From Verrucomicrobiota bacterium (GTDB taxonomy: Bacteria; Verrucomicrobiota; Lentisphaeria; Lentisphaerales; Lentisphaeraceae): DNA of 64,000 bases. Both the position numbers and the translations under genes were made by a program. Each line of letters starts with the position of its first letter. The stretch's first letter is position 1. The notes under the pieces are model-generated. The model was not told where the DNA came from and ran no database searches. It saw only the letters and a list, made by a program, of their open reading frames with translations. Shown in pieces: positions 1 through 7,796 of the stretch. Location of the stretch: positions 24,595 through 88,594 of the forward strand of contig JBDKFG010000015.1 in assembly GCA_039798785.1 (NCBI GenBank), given 5' to 3'.

Positions 1-346
1 GCAGCGGCGCGAGAGCGATGCAGGCCTCGATCGCCTCTTCCACTCCATCGTCAATCTCCACCGCCGAGTCGAAGTGCTCGCCGCCATGCACCACCCGGTG
101 GCCGACGGCCTGCGGCAGGAAACGCGGCTCGCTGCGGATCAAGTCGAGCAGACGCCCCATCGCCGCATCCAGATCGAGACCGGGGAGCTTCTCCAGGCGA
201 TCTTCTTGGGGAAGCCTCAGCTTCCAGCTGGCTTCAGACGTGCCCAGCCGGTCCGCCAGGCCGCTGAGCAGACGCTCCCCCCCCGCCAAATTGATCAGAC
301 TGAATTTCAAGGAGGAACTGCCGGCGTTGATGACGAGGATGGACAT
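1..346 (-). CDS. ackA: Acetate kinase, N-terminal part (runs off the window edge; not in the ORF track)
   Basis: The reverse strand from ATG 346 reads MSILVINAGSSSLKFSLI...AVGHRVVHGGEHF...ACIALAPL, containing the acetokinase NAGSSSLK and GHRVVHGG motifs. GGAG RBS upstream. Confidence 0.93.
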   Translation of the reverse strand, partial: MSILVINAGSSSLKFSLINLAGGERLLSGLADRLGTSEASWKLRLPQEDRLEKLPGLDLDAAMGRLLDLIRSEPRFLPQAVGHRVVHGGEHFDSAVEIDDGVEEAIEACIALAPL

Positions 347-487
347 GGGAATCTCCTGGGAAAAGCAACTTCATGATTAGCAACTCCCTGACATCCGCAA
401 GAGAAAACTCCTAATCTCAATGACAGTCAACAATTAGAAAACATCACCATCCGCGATCGGAGAGGGCTTGGCGGCAAGTCCGCGGCT

Positions 488-1621
488 TCAGACCAGGCCG
501 AAATGCTGCTCCGCCAGTCGCAGGATCTGGCGAGCCCGGGCCAGCGGCGAATGTTCACGCAGGATTCTCGCCCGGCTTTCCGGAAGAGCCTCGCGCCGAC
601 AAGCGGAAGAGTGGAAGTCCGCCAGCTTCGCCACGGCAGCACCGAGCGCGCCGGGCTCCCAGGGGTCGTAATCGAGATAATCCCGGCCGGCGACAAAGCC
701 GGCCTCCTGGTAGAAGCGGCTCGGCGTGGTCAAGCAGACGCTGCCTTGGCCTAGACAGGAGAGCGGCCGTTCATGACTTCCGGCGGGGAGCGTCGGGGTG
801 ATGCTGAGAACCCCCAGAGCCCTTGCGCCGATGAGCAGAGCTTGATTGTAATCGAGAGCCGGGTGAACACGGTGATGCCGCCAGTCCGCCGCATCCCACC
901 CCGCACCATAGAGATTCACCGCGAGACCCGCTTCGTCAAGCTCCTTCAGCAGCCGGATGCGCAAGACGAGCCGGATCATCAGATCGAGCTGCGCCACCCC
1001 GACGCTCCATCGCCCGCGCGATCCCTGCCATACCGGATCGTCGCTGTCGAGCAGCTCTGCCGCGTCGGCGCAGCGCCGAGACATCGCCGTCGACAGCCCG
1101 GCTTCGAGTCGGGAGAGTGCCGCTGCTTCGAAGGTGCCCATCCATGCTGCGCGGGCCTCCGCCGGCGACTTCCAAGTGCCGAGAAAACACAATCCCAGCT
1201 CAGGCCGGCGGGCGCTGACGACGCTGGCCGGAGCGGGGTGGGCGAGGAAGGCCCTGGGGATTTCCGGCGCCAGGATCTTCAGGCACGGCATGTGAGCCTC
1301 CTCGAAGGCGGTGATCAAAGCCCGCTTCGTCTGGATCTTGTGCATCCTGCCGTAGATGTGACTGGGATGGTCGATGCCCATCACCATCCAGGCGGCCCCG
1401 GGATGTTTCGCCACCACGGGATGATCAATGCCGACACCTTGAATCGACAGCACCAGATCGGGCCGGAAATCGCAGAGGAGCCTCTCCAGATCGACGGGGC
1501 CGCTGAGATGCCCTGTCGCAACCTCCTGGCCGGGCAAGCCGGCCAGGCCTTGGGCGAGATCACGGGCAAAGCAGTTCGCCACATCGTATTGAAAACTGGC
1601 GGTAGGGACGAGTATGCGCAT
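488..1621 (-). CDS. Glycosyltransferase-like protein (CgeB/Glyco_trans_1_2-like)
   Basis: Motifs IDHP, LCFLGT, VNLYGAGW and GSHERPLSCLGQGSVCLT match the CgeB-like GT-B C-terminal pattern. AGGAG RBS before ATG 1621. Confidence 0.65.
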   Translation of the reverse strand: MRILVPTASFQYDVANCFARDLAQGLAGLPGQEVATGHLSGPVDLERLLCDFRPDLVLSIQGVGIDHPVVAKHPGAAWMVMGIDHPSHIYGRMHKIQTKRALITAFEEAHMPCLKILAPEIPRAFLAHPAPASVVSARRPELGLCFLGTWKSPAEARAAWMGTFEAAALSRLEAGLSTAMSRRCADAAELLDSDDPVWQGSRGRWSVGVAQLDLMIRLVLRIRLLKELDEAGLAVNLYGAGWDAADWRHHRVHPALDYNQALLIGARALGVLSITPTLPAGSHERPLSCLGQGSVCLTTPSRFYQEAGFVAGRDYLDYDPWEPGALGAAVAKLADFHSSACRREALPESRARILREHSPLARARQILRLAEQHFGLV

Positions 1622-1649
1622 CGGATTCTCCTGTCTCGTCGCAGACAAA

Positions 1650-1666
1650 CGCAATGCCCGTGCCGA
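1650..1666 (-). promoter_or_regulatory. Putative sigma54 (-24/-12) promoter for the glycosyltransferase gene
   Basis: Minus strand TCGGCACGGGCATTGCG matches TGGCAC-N5-TTGC with exact GG-N10-GC spacing, about 30 bp upstream of the start. Confidence 0.6.
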
Positions 1667-1669
1667 GAC

Positions 1670-1686
1670 AGGCATGAATTCTGCAT
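1670..1686 (+). promoter_or_regulatory. Putative sigma54 (-24/-12) promoter for flhB
   Basis: AGGCATGAATTCTGCAT with GG-N10-GC spacing, about 50 bp upstream of the flhB ATG. Confidence 0.5.
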
Positions 1687-1737
1687 GAAGTCCATTTGAC
1701 GCCTCCCCGCAAGCTTCAATCCGAATCGCGACTGACC

Positions 1738-2808
1738 ATGTCCAACGCCGATCCCAGCAAAACCGAGAAGCCGACCTCGAAGCGTCTGAACGACGCGCGC
1801 GACAAGGGAGATATTCCCCTGTCGCAAGACGTCGTTTCGGTCGCAGCCCTGCTCGCCGGCTTCCTCGGCTTCGCCCTCCTGCTGCCCGAAATCATGCGTG
1901 CCTGTCGCGGCATCCTGGTCGCCAGCTTCAAGATGCCCGGGATCGGCAAGCAATGGCAGGTTCCGGAGATGATGGATGGCGCCTTCGCCGCACTCCTCCC
2001 GCTGCTCCTCCCCCTCGGAATCCTGGCCATCGCCATAGCCGCCGCCACTTTGGCCTCACTGTACTTCCAGGTCGGTTTCTTTTTCGACACCAAGCCACTC
2101 GAGATCAAGTGGGACGCCATGAATCCAGCCAACGGAATGAAGCAGCTTCTGCCCAACCGCGACCAGTTCATGCGCCTCGCCATCACCCTCACCAAGGTCG
2201 CCCTCCTGTCAATCTTCTGCTGGGTCTGGATCGTCGGCGACCTGCAGTCGAATCTCGACCTGATCGAGTCCGACCTTGCCTCGGGAGCCTCGCTGATGCT
2301 CTGGAATGCCTTCAAGCTCGCCATGGCCGTTCTCTTCGTCTACGCCATCCTCGCCGCCGTCGACGCCTGGTGGAAGCACACCCGCCACATCGACAAGCTG
2401 ATGATGAGCAAGCAGGAAGTCAAGGATGAGCACCGCAACGCCGAGGGCGACCCCAAGGTGAAGGCGAAGATACGTGCCAAGATGCGCGAACTGATGGGGC
2501 GCAGCCTGAAAAAGGAAGTGAGCAAGGGAACCGTGGTGGTCACCAACCCGACCCACGTCGCCGTCGTCCTGCAATACGTCTCCGGCGAACCAGCGCCCCG
2601 CGTCCTCGCCAAAGGCCTGCGGAAAAGAGCCGAGCGGATCAAGGCTCTCGCCAGGGAAATGCAGATCCCGATCATCGAAGCTCCTCCCCTCGCACGCGCA
2701 CTCTACCGCGCCGTGCCGGATGGAGCCTACATCGAAAACCGTTTCTTCACTGCCGTCGCCGCGATTCTCGCCAAGGTCTACAAGGCGCGCCGCCGCAGAC
2801 GCGGCTGA
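1738..2808 (+). CDS. flhB: Flagellar export switch protein FlhB (FlhB/EscU family)
   Basis: KTEKPTSKRLNDARDKG N-terminus, four hydrophobic segments, MSKQEVKDEHRNAEGDP, and the NPTH autocleavage motif. Confidence 0.9.
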   Translation: MSNADPSKTEKPTSKRLNDARDKGDIPLSQDVVSVAALLAGFLGFALLLPEIMRACRGILVASFKMPGIGKQWQVPEMMDGAFAALLPLLLPLGILAIAIAAATLASLYFQVGFFFDTKPLEIKWDAMNPANGMKQLLPNRDQFMRLAITLTKVALLSIFCWVWIVGDLQSNLDLIESDLASGASLMLWNAFKLAMAVLFVYAILAAVDAWWKHTRHIDKLMMSKQEVKDEHRNAEGDPKVKAKIRAKMRELMGRSLKKEVSKGTVVVTNPTHVAVVLQYVSGEPAPRVLAKGLRKRAERIKALAREMQIPIIEAPPLARALYRAVPDGAYIENRFFTAVAAILAKVYKARRRRRG

Positions 2809-2823
2809 GCCGATTCCGGCAGC

Positions 2824-2848
2824 AAAAAGCCCCGGCCGATGCCGGGGC
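2824..2848 (-). terminator. Intrinsic terminator between convergent flhB and purO
   Basis: GCCCCGGC-CGAT-GCCGGGGC stem with a preceding A5 tract (U-tract on the minus strand). Confidence 0.7.
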
Positions 2849-2869
2849 CTCTGGCGGCTTTCCGGACGA

Positions 2870-3505
2870 TCAGGCGTCGCGGCAGGCGGTCTCGAAGCCG
2901 CAGGAGTGCTCGACAGCGCAAATGGCGCTGACCGGACGCTCGAGCTGGGCGAAGACGCCTTTGCCGAGGATGTAGCCGCAGGCCTCAAGGGCATTGCTGA
3001 CGTCGAAAGCGTCGTCGCGCTGGGTGCTGCAGGGTGAGTTATGCTCGTAGGTGGCGAGATAGAAGGCCTGGCCGGGCTTGACTTCGAACTCCCGGATCAG
3101 CAAAGCGTCGGCGCGGATGCAGCCGAGGGCGGCCTTGCCGCTGAGGCGATCGACCACCGCGGCGATGCGCGGGGTGCTCAGGGTGTCGTGCTCGTAGTCC
3201 ATACCAAGCAGAGCGGCGGCCAGAGCGTCGCGAATAGGATAGCCCTTCTCGATCTTCTCGGCGATCGGATCGGTATGCGAACCGTTCGACACCACGGCGT
3301 GGCTGCCGACGATGCGCAAGGCATTGTAGGCGATGTAGGGATTGACCAGGACGTCGTTCTCGTGACCGGGCTTGGGAACGATGGCAATGCCCTTCCCCAT
3401 CTCTTTGGCCATGCGGTTGGGGAAGGATCGCGACGAGACGCGATACATGGCGCAGAGTTTTCCGGATTGATTGCGAGCGATGCTGACGATGCGGCCGACG
3501 TACAT
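2870..3505 (-). CDS. purO: IMP cyclohydrolase, archaeal PurO type
   Basis: MYVGR start, YRVSSRSFPNR, NPYIAYN, VSNGSHTD and MDYEHD..TPRIAA are hallmark PurO motifs. The true start is ATG 3505 with a GGAGG RBS, not the longer track ORF. Confidence 0.9.
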   Translation of the reverse strand: MYVGRIVSIARNQSGKLCAMYRVSSRSFPNRMAKEMGKGIAIVPKPGHENDVLVNPYIAYNALRIVGSHAVVSNGSHTDPIAEKIEKGYPIRDALAAALLGMDYEHDTLSTPRIAAVVDRLSGKAALGCIRADALLIREFEVKPGQAFYLATYEHNSPCSTQRDDAFDVSNALEACGYILGKGVFAQLERPVSAICAVEHSCGFETACRDA

Positions 3506-3815
3506 GAGAGACCTCCGTTTTTGGTGTGTCATCGAAGCTAGCCGCTGTGTGACTCTTGCCAAGGCTCTCCATTTGATTCCGCTTAGCTGGGCCGGAGGAA
3601 TTCGTCGGACTTCTGCATTGTCCTCGGTGTCGTCGTCTTTGCCCAGGCAGGTGCGGCAGGGAGCTTGCCCCACTACGATGCTGAGTGCAGTTATAGTGGC
3701 TGTCTGGACTGCGACGGGGCTCTCTTGGGAATTACGCCGCTGAGACTTGCACCTGGTGCGCCCGCCCTTATACTCAAGGCACCCACGCAATCACGCGAAC
3801 TTAGGACACACCATT

Positions 3816-5570
3816 TTGAGCTTCTTCGGCAAACTTATCGGCTGGCTTTTCGGCAAAAAAACTGAAACCGCCCCCCCTCCTCCCGCCTCCACGGCTCCCG
3901 CCTCGCAGCCTCAAGTCTCCGCCCCGTCCCCGGCCGAAGCCGGCCAGCAACGCCGCGATGAACGCCCCCGCCGTGATGAACGCGCCCCCCGCCGTGACGG
4001 CGAACGCTCCGAGCGCCGTGATGAACGCGCCCCCCGCCGTGACGGCGAACGCTCCGAGCGCCGTGATGAACGCGGCCCCCGCCGTGACGGCGAACGCCCC
4101 CGCCGCGATGAAATGGCGCCGCGAAGCGACCGCTTCGCCGAAGAAGAGGAGCGCGGCCCCCGCCCCGAGCGCCGCGAAGAGATGCCTCGCCCCAAACCCG
4201 TGGCCCCGGCCAAGCCTGAGGAAGGCTGGATCGCTCCCGCCGAGCTCGGCGAAGAAGTCGAAGGCATGACCCGCTTCGCCTCGCTCGGCATCGCCCCCCC
4301 CGTCCTCCACTCGGTTTTCGACCTCGGCTTCGAGTTCTGCACCGAGATCCAGGCTCAGATCCTGCCCCACTCCCTCGCCGGCATGGACGTCGCCGGCAAG
4401 GCTCAGACCGGCTCGGGCAAGACCGCCGCCTTCCTCATCTCGGTCTTCAACCACTTCATCAAGAACCCCCTCGCCGAACAGATGAGCGGCACCCCACGCT
4501 GCCTCATCCTCGCCCCCACCCGTGAGCTCGCCGTCCAGATCGCCAAAGACGCCGCCAACGTCGGCAAGTACACCGACTCCAAGACCGTCGCTGTCTTCGG
4601 CGGCATGGACTTCGAGAAGCAGCTCAACGAACTTTCCGGTCGCGTCGACATCCTGGTCGCCACCCCCGGCCGCCTGATCGACTACATCCGCCGCGGCGCC
4701 ATCGATCTCCGCAAGGTCGAGTTCCTCATCATCGACGAGGCAGACCGCATGCTCGACATGGGCTTCATCCCCGACGTCCGCCGCATCATCGCTCACATCC
4801 CCGAGACCGACAAGCGCAGCACCCAGCTCTTCTCCGCCACCCTCGACGGCGAAGTCCTGACCCTGGCCCAGCGCTGGCTCAAGCCCGACTTCATCAAGAT
4901 CGAGATCCAACCTGAATCGGTGGTCTCCAAGGACGTTCAGCAGACCATCTATCTGACCTCGGCGGCCGAGAAGCTCCCCGTCATTCTTTGGCATCTGAAA
5001 AACGACTCGGTCGAGCGGATGATCATCTTCGTCAACCGCAAGGACGAATCGGTCCGCCTCGCCAACGCCCTGCACCGCCACGGCATCGACCTCGAGCTGC
5101 TCTCCGGCGACGTGCCGCAAAAGAAGCGGATGAAGACCCTCGAGCTCTTCCGCAAGGGCGAGCTCAAGGTCATCGTCGCCACCGACGTCGCCGGCCGCGG
5201 CATCCACGTCGACAACGTCAGTCACGTCGTCAACTACGAGCTCCCCTACGAGCCCGACGACTACGTCCACCGCGTCGGCCGCACCGGCCGCGCCGGCAAC
5301 AAGGGCAAGGCGCTCAGCTTCGCCTGCGAGAACTCGGCCTTCGAGATCCCCGAAATCGAATCCTACATCGGCATGAGCCTGACCTCTCAGGTTCCACCTG
5401 AAGAAATGATCCAGCCGCATCTCCAGGTCACCGAGGAGAAGAAGTTCACCTTCTCCGGCGATGAACCCGGCGCCCGCGGCCGCCACGGCTCTTCTTCTTC
5501 TCACCACGGCTCCCGACCCAGCGGATCCCGAGCCCATCACGGCGGTCGCGGCGGCCCCCGCCGGCGCTGA
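3816..5570 (+). CDS. DEAD-box RNA helicase (RhlB-like) with a long N-terminal charged low-complexity extension
   Basis: AQTGSGKT, PTRELA, DEAD, SAT, TDVAGRGIHV and YVHRVGRTGR motifs. TTG 3816 follows AGGA. Confidence 0.92.
   Translation: MSFFGKLIGWLFGKKTETAPPPPASTAPASQPQVSAPSPAEAGQQRRDERPRRDERAPRRDGERSERRDERAPRRDGERSERRDERGPRRDGERPRRDEMAPRSDRFAEEEERGPRPERREEMPRPKPVAPAKPEEGWIAPAELGEEVEGMTRFASLGIAPPVLHSVFDLGFEFCTEIQAQILPHSLAGMDVAGKAQTGSGKTAAFLISVFNHFIKNPLAEQMSGTPRCLILAPTRELAVQIAKDAANVGKYTDSKTVAVFGGMDFEKQLNELSGRVDILVATPGRLIDYIRRGAIDLRKVEFLIIDEADRMLDMGFIPDVRRIIAHIPETDKRSTQLFSATLDGEVLTLAQRWLKPDFIKIEIQPESVVSKDVQQTIYLTSAAEKLPVILWHLKNDSVERMIIFVNRKDESVRLANALHRHGIDLELLSGDVPQKKRMKTLELFRKGELKVIVATDVAGRGIHVDNVSHVVNYELPYEPDDYVHRVGRTGRAGNKGKALSFACENSAFEIPEIESYIGMSLTSQVPPEEMIQPHLQVTEEKKFTFSGDEPGARGRHGSSSSHHGSRPSGSRAHHGGRGGPRRR
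3951..4112 (+). repeat. Intragenic 45-bp tandem repeat encoding RRDERAPRRDGERSE
   Basis: About three copies of cgccgtgatgaacgcgccccccgccgtgacggcgaacgctccgag and variants, in frame. Confidence 0.9.
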
Positions 5571-5594
5571 TCCTTTTGAAAACGTGAATAGACG

Positions 5595-5620
5595 ACGCCG
5601 GCCTCGTGCCGGCGTTTTTT
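5595..5620 (+). terminator. Intrinsic terminator of the helicase gene
   Basis: ACGCCGGC-CTCGT-GCCGGCGT followed by TTTTT. Confidence 0.85.
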
Positions 5621-5873
5621 GCCGCTATTTCATCTGAGAACTTTCAGTACCTCAAAGGACTGTCTTGATGATCCCGCCACGTGATCGAGCCCGGCACCTG
5701 TGCAAGTCTGATTGCGCCCGGGAAGGGCGGCCGAGTGTCGGCCCCTGATGTGGAGACAGGGCACGAGTCGCAACCCCTGGGCAAGGGGATGTTTTGACTC
5801 CCCCAACTCCCACCTCACTGAAAAGCAGCTTGAATACATCCCAGTCCAAGCTCAATTCGGTGTGATACACGTC

Positions 5874-5898
5874 GAACTTTTGCGTCCGCCGCAACGTT
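5874..5898 (+). promoter_or_regulatory. Putative ECF sigma promoter
   Basis: GAAC-N17-CGTT immediately upstream of the anti-sigma gene, matching the AAC/CGT pattern of ECF promoters. Confidence 0.55.
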
Positions 5899-5902
5899 TC
5901 AC

Positions 5903-6406
5903 TTGATGAACCCCGAGGTTGCCGTGAGTCAACACCCACTCCCAGAAGAGCTTTTTGATCCCGAGCCGAATCCCATTCTGCTTGATCACCTGAGCCTGTG
6001 CCCGGTCTGCGCAGGCATCCGCCGCGACTTCGGTACCCTGGCGGCGTGGCAGGCGGCCCAGACCGAGTCTTCCATCCCGGCCCAGACGGATGCCGCCATA
6101 CGCGCCGAATTCGCGCTTCAATCTCTCTCCCGACGCCGCCGCAAGACACGGCGCCGCGCGGCATATGCCCTTGCGGCAAGTGCCGCGGCGGCACTTTTCG
6201 TCTTCGCCATCCTTCCACGCGGAATGCCGGATTCGGACATCAATAGCGATGGATTGGTTGATGTTCTCGACTCCCAACGTCTTGCACTCGCCCTGAATCG
6301 CGGTGGCGAAGCTCGCGACCTCAATCGCGACGGCCTCGCTAATGCACAGGACTTGAAACATTTGCGTCGCACCATCGTCTCACTCGGTCCGGAGGAGACA
6401 CGATGA
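5903..6406 (+). CDS. Zinc-binding anti-sigma factor with TM helix and C-terminal dockerin (start may be ATG 5906 or GTG 5924)
   Basis: HLSLCPVC (HxxxCxxC), basic RRRRKTRRR, TM AAYALAASAAAALFVFAIL, then two Ca-loop repeats DINSDGLVDVLD and DLNRDGLANAQD. Confidence 0.8.
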   Translation: MMNPEVAVSQHPLPEELFDPEPNPILLDHLSLCPVCAGIRRDFGTLAAWQAAQTESSIPAQTDAAIRAEFALQSLSRRRRKTRRRAAYALAASAAAALFVFAILPRGMPDSDINSDGLVDVLDSQRLALALNRGGEARDLNRDGLANAQDLKHLRRTIVSLGPEETR

Positions 6407-6819
6407 GCCGCCTGATGCTTTTCGTCGCGATTTCGACCTGCCTGCTCCTCTGGGCTGCGCCAGCCGATCGCTTCGCCTCCTGCGACCTCGTAATCGAGTC
6501 AGACAGCCCCTTCTCTGCTTGGCAGGCAGAGATCCGCTACCCTGCAGGCGTGATCCTGACCTTGATTGAAAACGGCGAAGGGGCTTTCGTCGAAGCGCCT
6601 GATTATGACCGCCGCGGTCTGGAACGCGGTCGAATCATCCTGGCCAGCTACACGCTCGAAAACCAGCCAGAGAAAAGGCTGCGTGTCGCTCGGCTTCATT
6701 TTCTCGCCCCGTCTGACGCCAATCAGGAGGACTGGACGGTCCGCTTGACTGCCCTCGGCGACTCCCAAGCCCGCCGCATCTCCGGTCGCATCCATCTCAA
6801 AACTAGGCATTTGCCATGA
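6403..6819 (+). CDS. Secreted cohesin-like beta-sandwich protein
   Basis: Signal peptide and a ~120-aa beta-rich mature region. DLVIESDSPFSAWQAEIRY and RVARLHF resemble cohesin strands. ATGA overlap with the upstream gene. Confidence 0.55.
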   Translation: MSRLMLFVAISTCLLLWAAPADRFASCDLVIESDSPFSAWQAEIRYPAGVILTLIENGEGAFVEAPDYDRRGLERGRIILASYTLENQPEKRLRVARLHFLAPSDANQEDWTVRLTALGDSQARRISGRIHLKTRHLP

Positions 6820-7727
6820 AGCTTCCCCTGTTCATTCTGATTATGCTCATCACTGCTTCTTGCTCCTCGAGCAAAGCAGCTGTCCGATTTCCTGCGAAAG
6901 CCTTGCCTTACATAATCGATCCTGAAGATGCCGCGACAAAAGAGCCGCACGGAGTCGCCCATGAAACCTCCGCGAATAAAGAGCCTCTCTTTCTCCTCCC
7001 CTTGCCCGCAGGTGAGGAGTCCGGCCTGCAGAAGCCTGACGGCTCCTGGCTGCCTCTTGTTGCAGAATTCGAGGCACGCTGCGAAGGCCCCTTCTGCCAG
7101 GTCAAGGCTCGACTCACCAGTCCTGAAGAAGCCGGTCTCTGTCGATTGATCTACCGATTGCCCCGTCAGTCCGCCGTCACCGATCTGGTCCTAAGCTGCG
7201 GCCGGCGGAAATTCCGGGCCATCGCCCTTCCACCGGAACAAATCCGGCGGGTTACCGCCGCCGCGAACGAACAAGGGCTGGCCTGCCAGATTCTCGAAAT
7301 CGATCAGTTTCAAAGAATGATCTTGCTGCTCCGCCGTGATGAGGCTGCCTCACTGCAGCTCGACTTCCGCTACCTCTTCGCAGCCTCCTATGTCGACGGC
7401 AAGTTCCATTGGGCCTTGCCGGCTTTCCGCGGACTCCAAGCTCCACCCCGCCTCAAGCTTGAAGGAGCCGAACGAGATGGCGACAAATTATGTTTCAGCG
7501 CCACCGCGACCGCCAGCTCCTTGAGCTGGCGCGACACCAGAGGCCGAGGCCTGCACTGGGATGCCGAGGGGCTGAAGCTGATCGAGCCGAATCCCTCCGC
7601 GAACAATTTGCCCGTCCTCGCCGAAGCCCTTCTCACAGCCTTGCGAATGTCGCAAAATCCAGGAATGAAAGACGCTTATCTCGAGGGACTTCTCCTCCCC
7701 GAAACCGGCGCGGTTTTTGTCCGTTGA
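6816..7727 (+). CDS. Putative lipoprotein with a degenerate VIT (vault/inter-alpha-trypsin) domain
   Basis: Lipobox-like ITASC; LIYRLPRQSAVTDLVLSCGRRKFRA resembles the VIT motif (Y.FPLP..A.V..F....G.R). ATGA overlap with the upstream gene. Confidence 0.55.
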   Translation: MKLPLFILIMLITASCSSSKAAVRFPAKALPYIIDPEDAATKEPHGVAHETSANKEPLFLLPLPAGEESGLQKPDGSWLPLVAEFEARCEGPFCQVKARLTSPEEAGLCRLIYRLPRQSAVTDLVLSCGRRKFRAIALPPEQIRRVTAAANEQGLACQILEIDQFQRMILLLRRDEAASLQLDFRYLFAASYVDGKFHWALPAFRGLQAPPRLKLEGAERDGDKLCFSATATASSLSWRDTRGRGLHWDAEGLKLIEPNPSANNLPVLAEALLTALRMSQNPGMKDAYLEGLLLPETGAVFVR

Positions 7728-7750
7728 GCAACTGTCCTGATGCTCTGATC

Positions 7751-7780
7751 GGCAGCCGCCCCTGGATGGGAGCGGCTGCC
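7751..7780. terminator. Hairpin between convergent genes
   Basis: GGCAGCCGC...GCGGCTGCC 9-bp stem; no clear U-tract. Confidence 0.45.
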
Positions 7781-7796
7781 CGGAAAGCGAGGGGTT

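Noticed and set aside
18..380. Plus-strand ORFs 18-380 and 74-376
   Set aside because: They are antisense shadows of the real ackA frame on the minus strand.
1738..2808. Non-flagellar T3SS EscU/SctU assignment
   Set aside because: It cannot be fully excluded without a phylogeny, but no injectisome genes are nearby and the sequence and sigma54 context fit FlhB.
3506..3790. 95-aa N-terminal extension of PurO in the ORF track
   Set aside because: PurO homology starts at MYVGR (ATG 3505, GGAGG RBS); the extension spans the divergent promoter region.
5630..5870. Remnant ECF sigma gene, or SRP RNA/cobalamin riboswitch
   Set aside because: No sigma region 2/4 motifs were recognised. The GGAA hairpin lacks the SRP CAGG/AGCAG internal loop, and the B12-box elements are absent. 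Kept only as an unassigned structured candidate.
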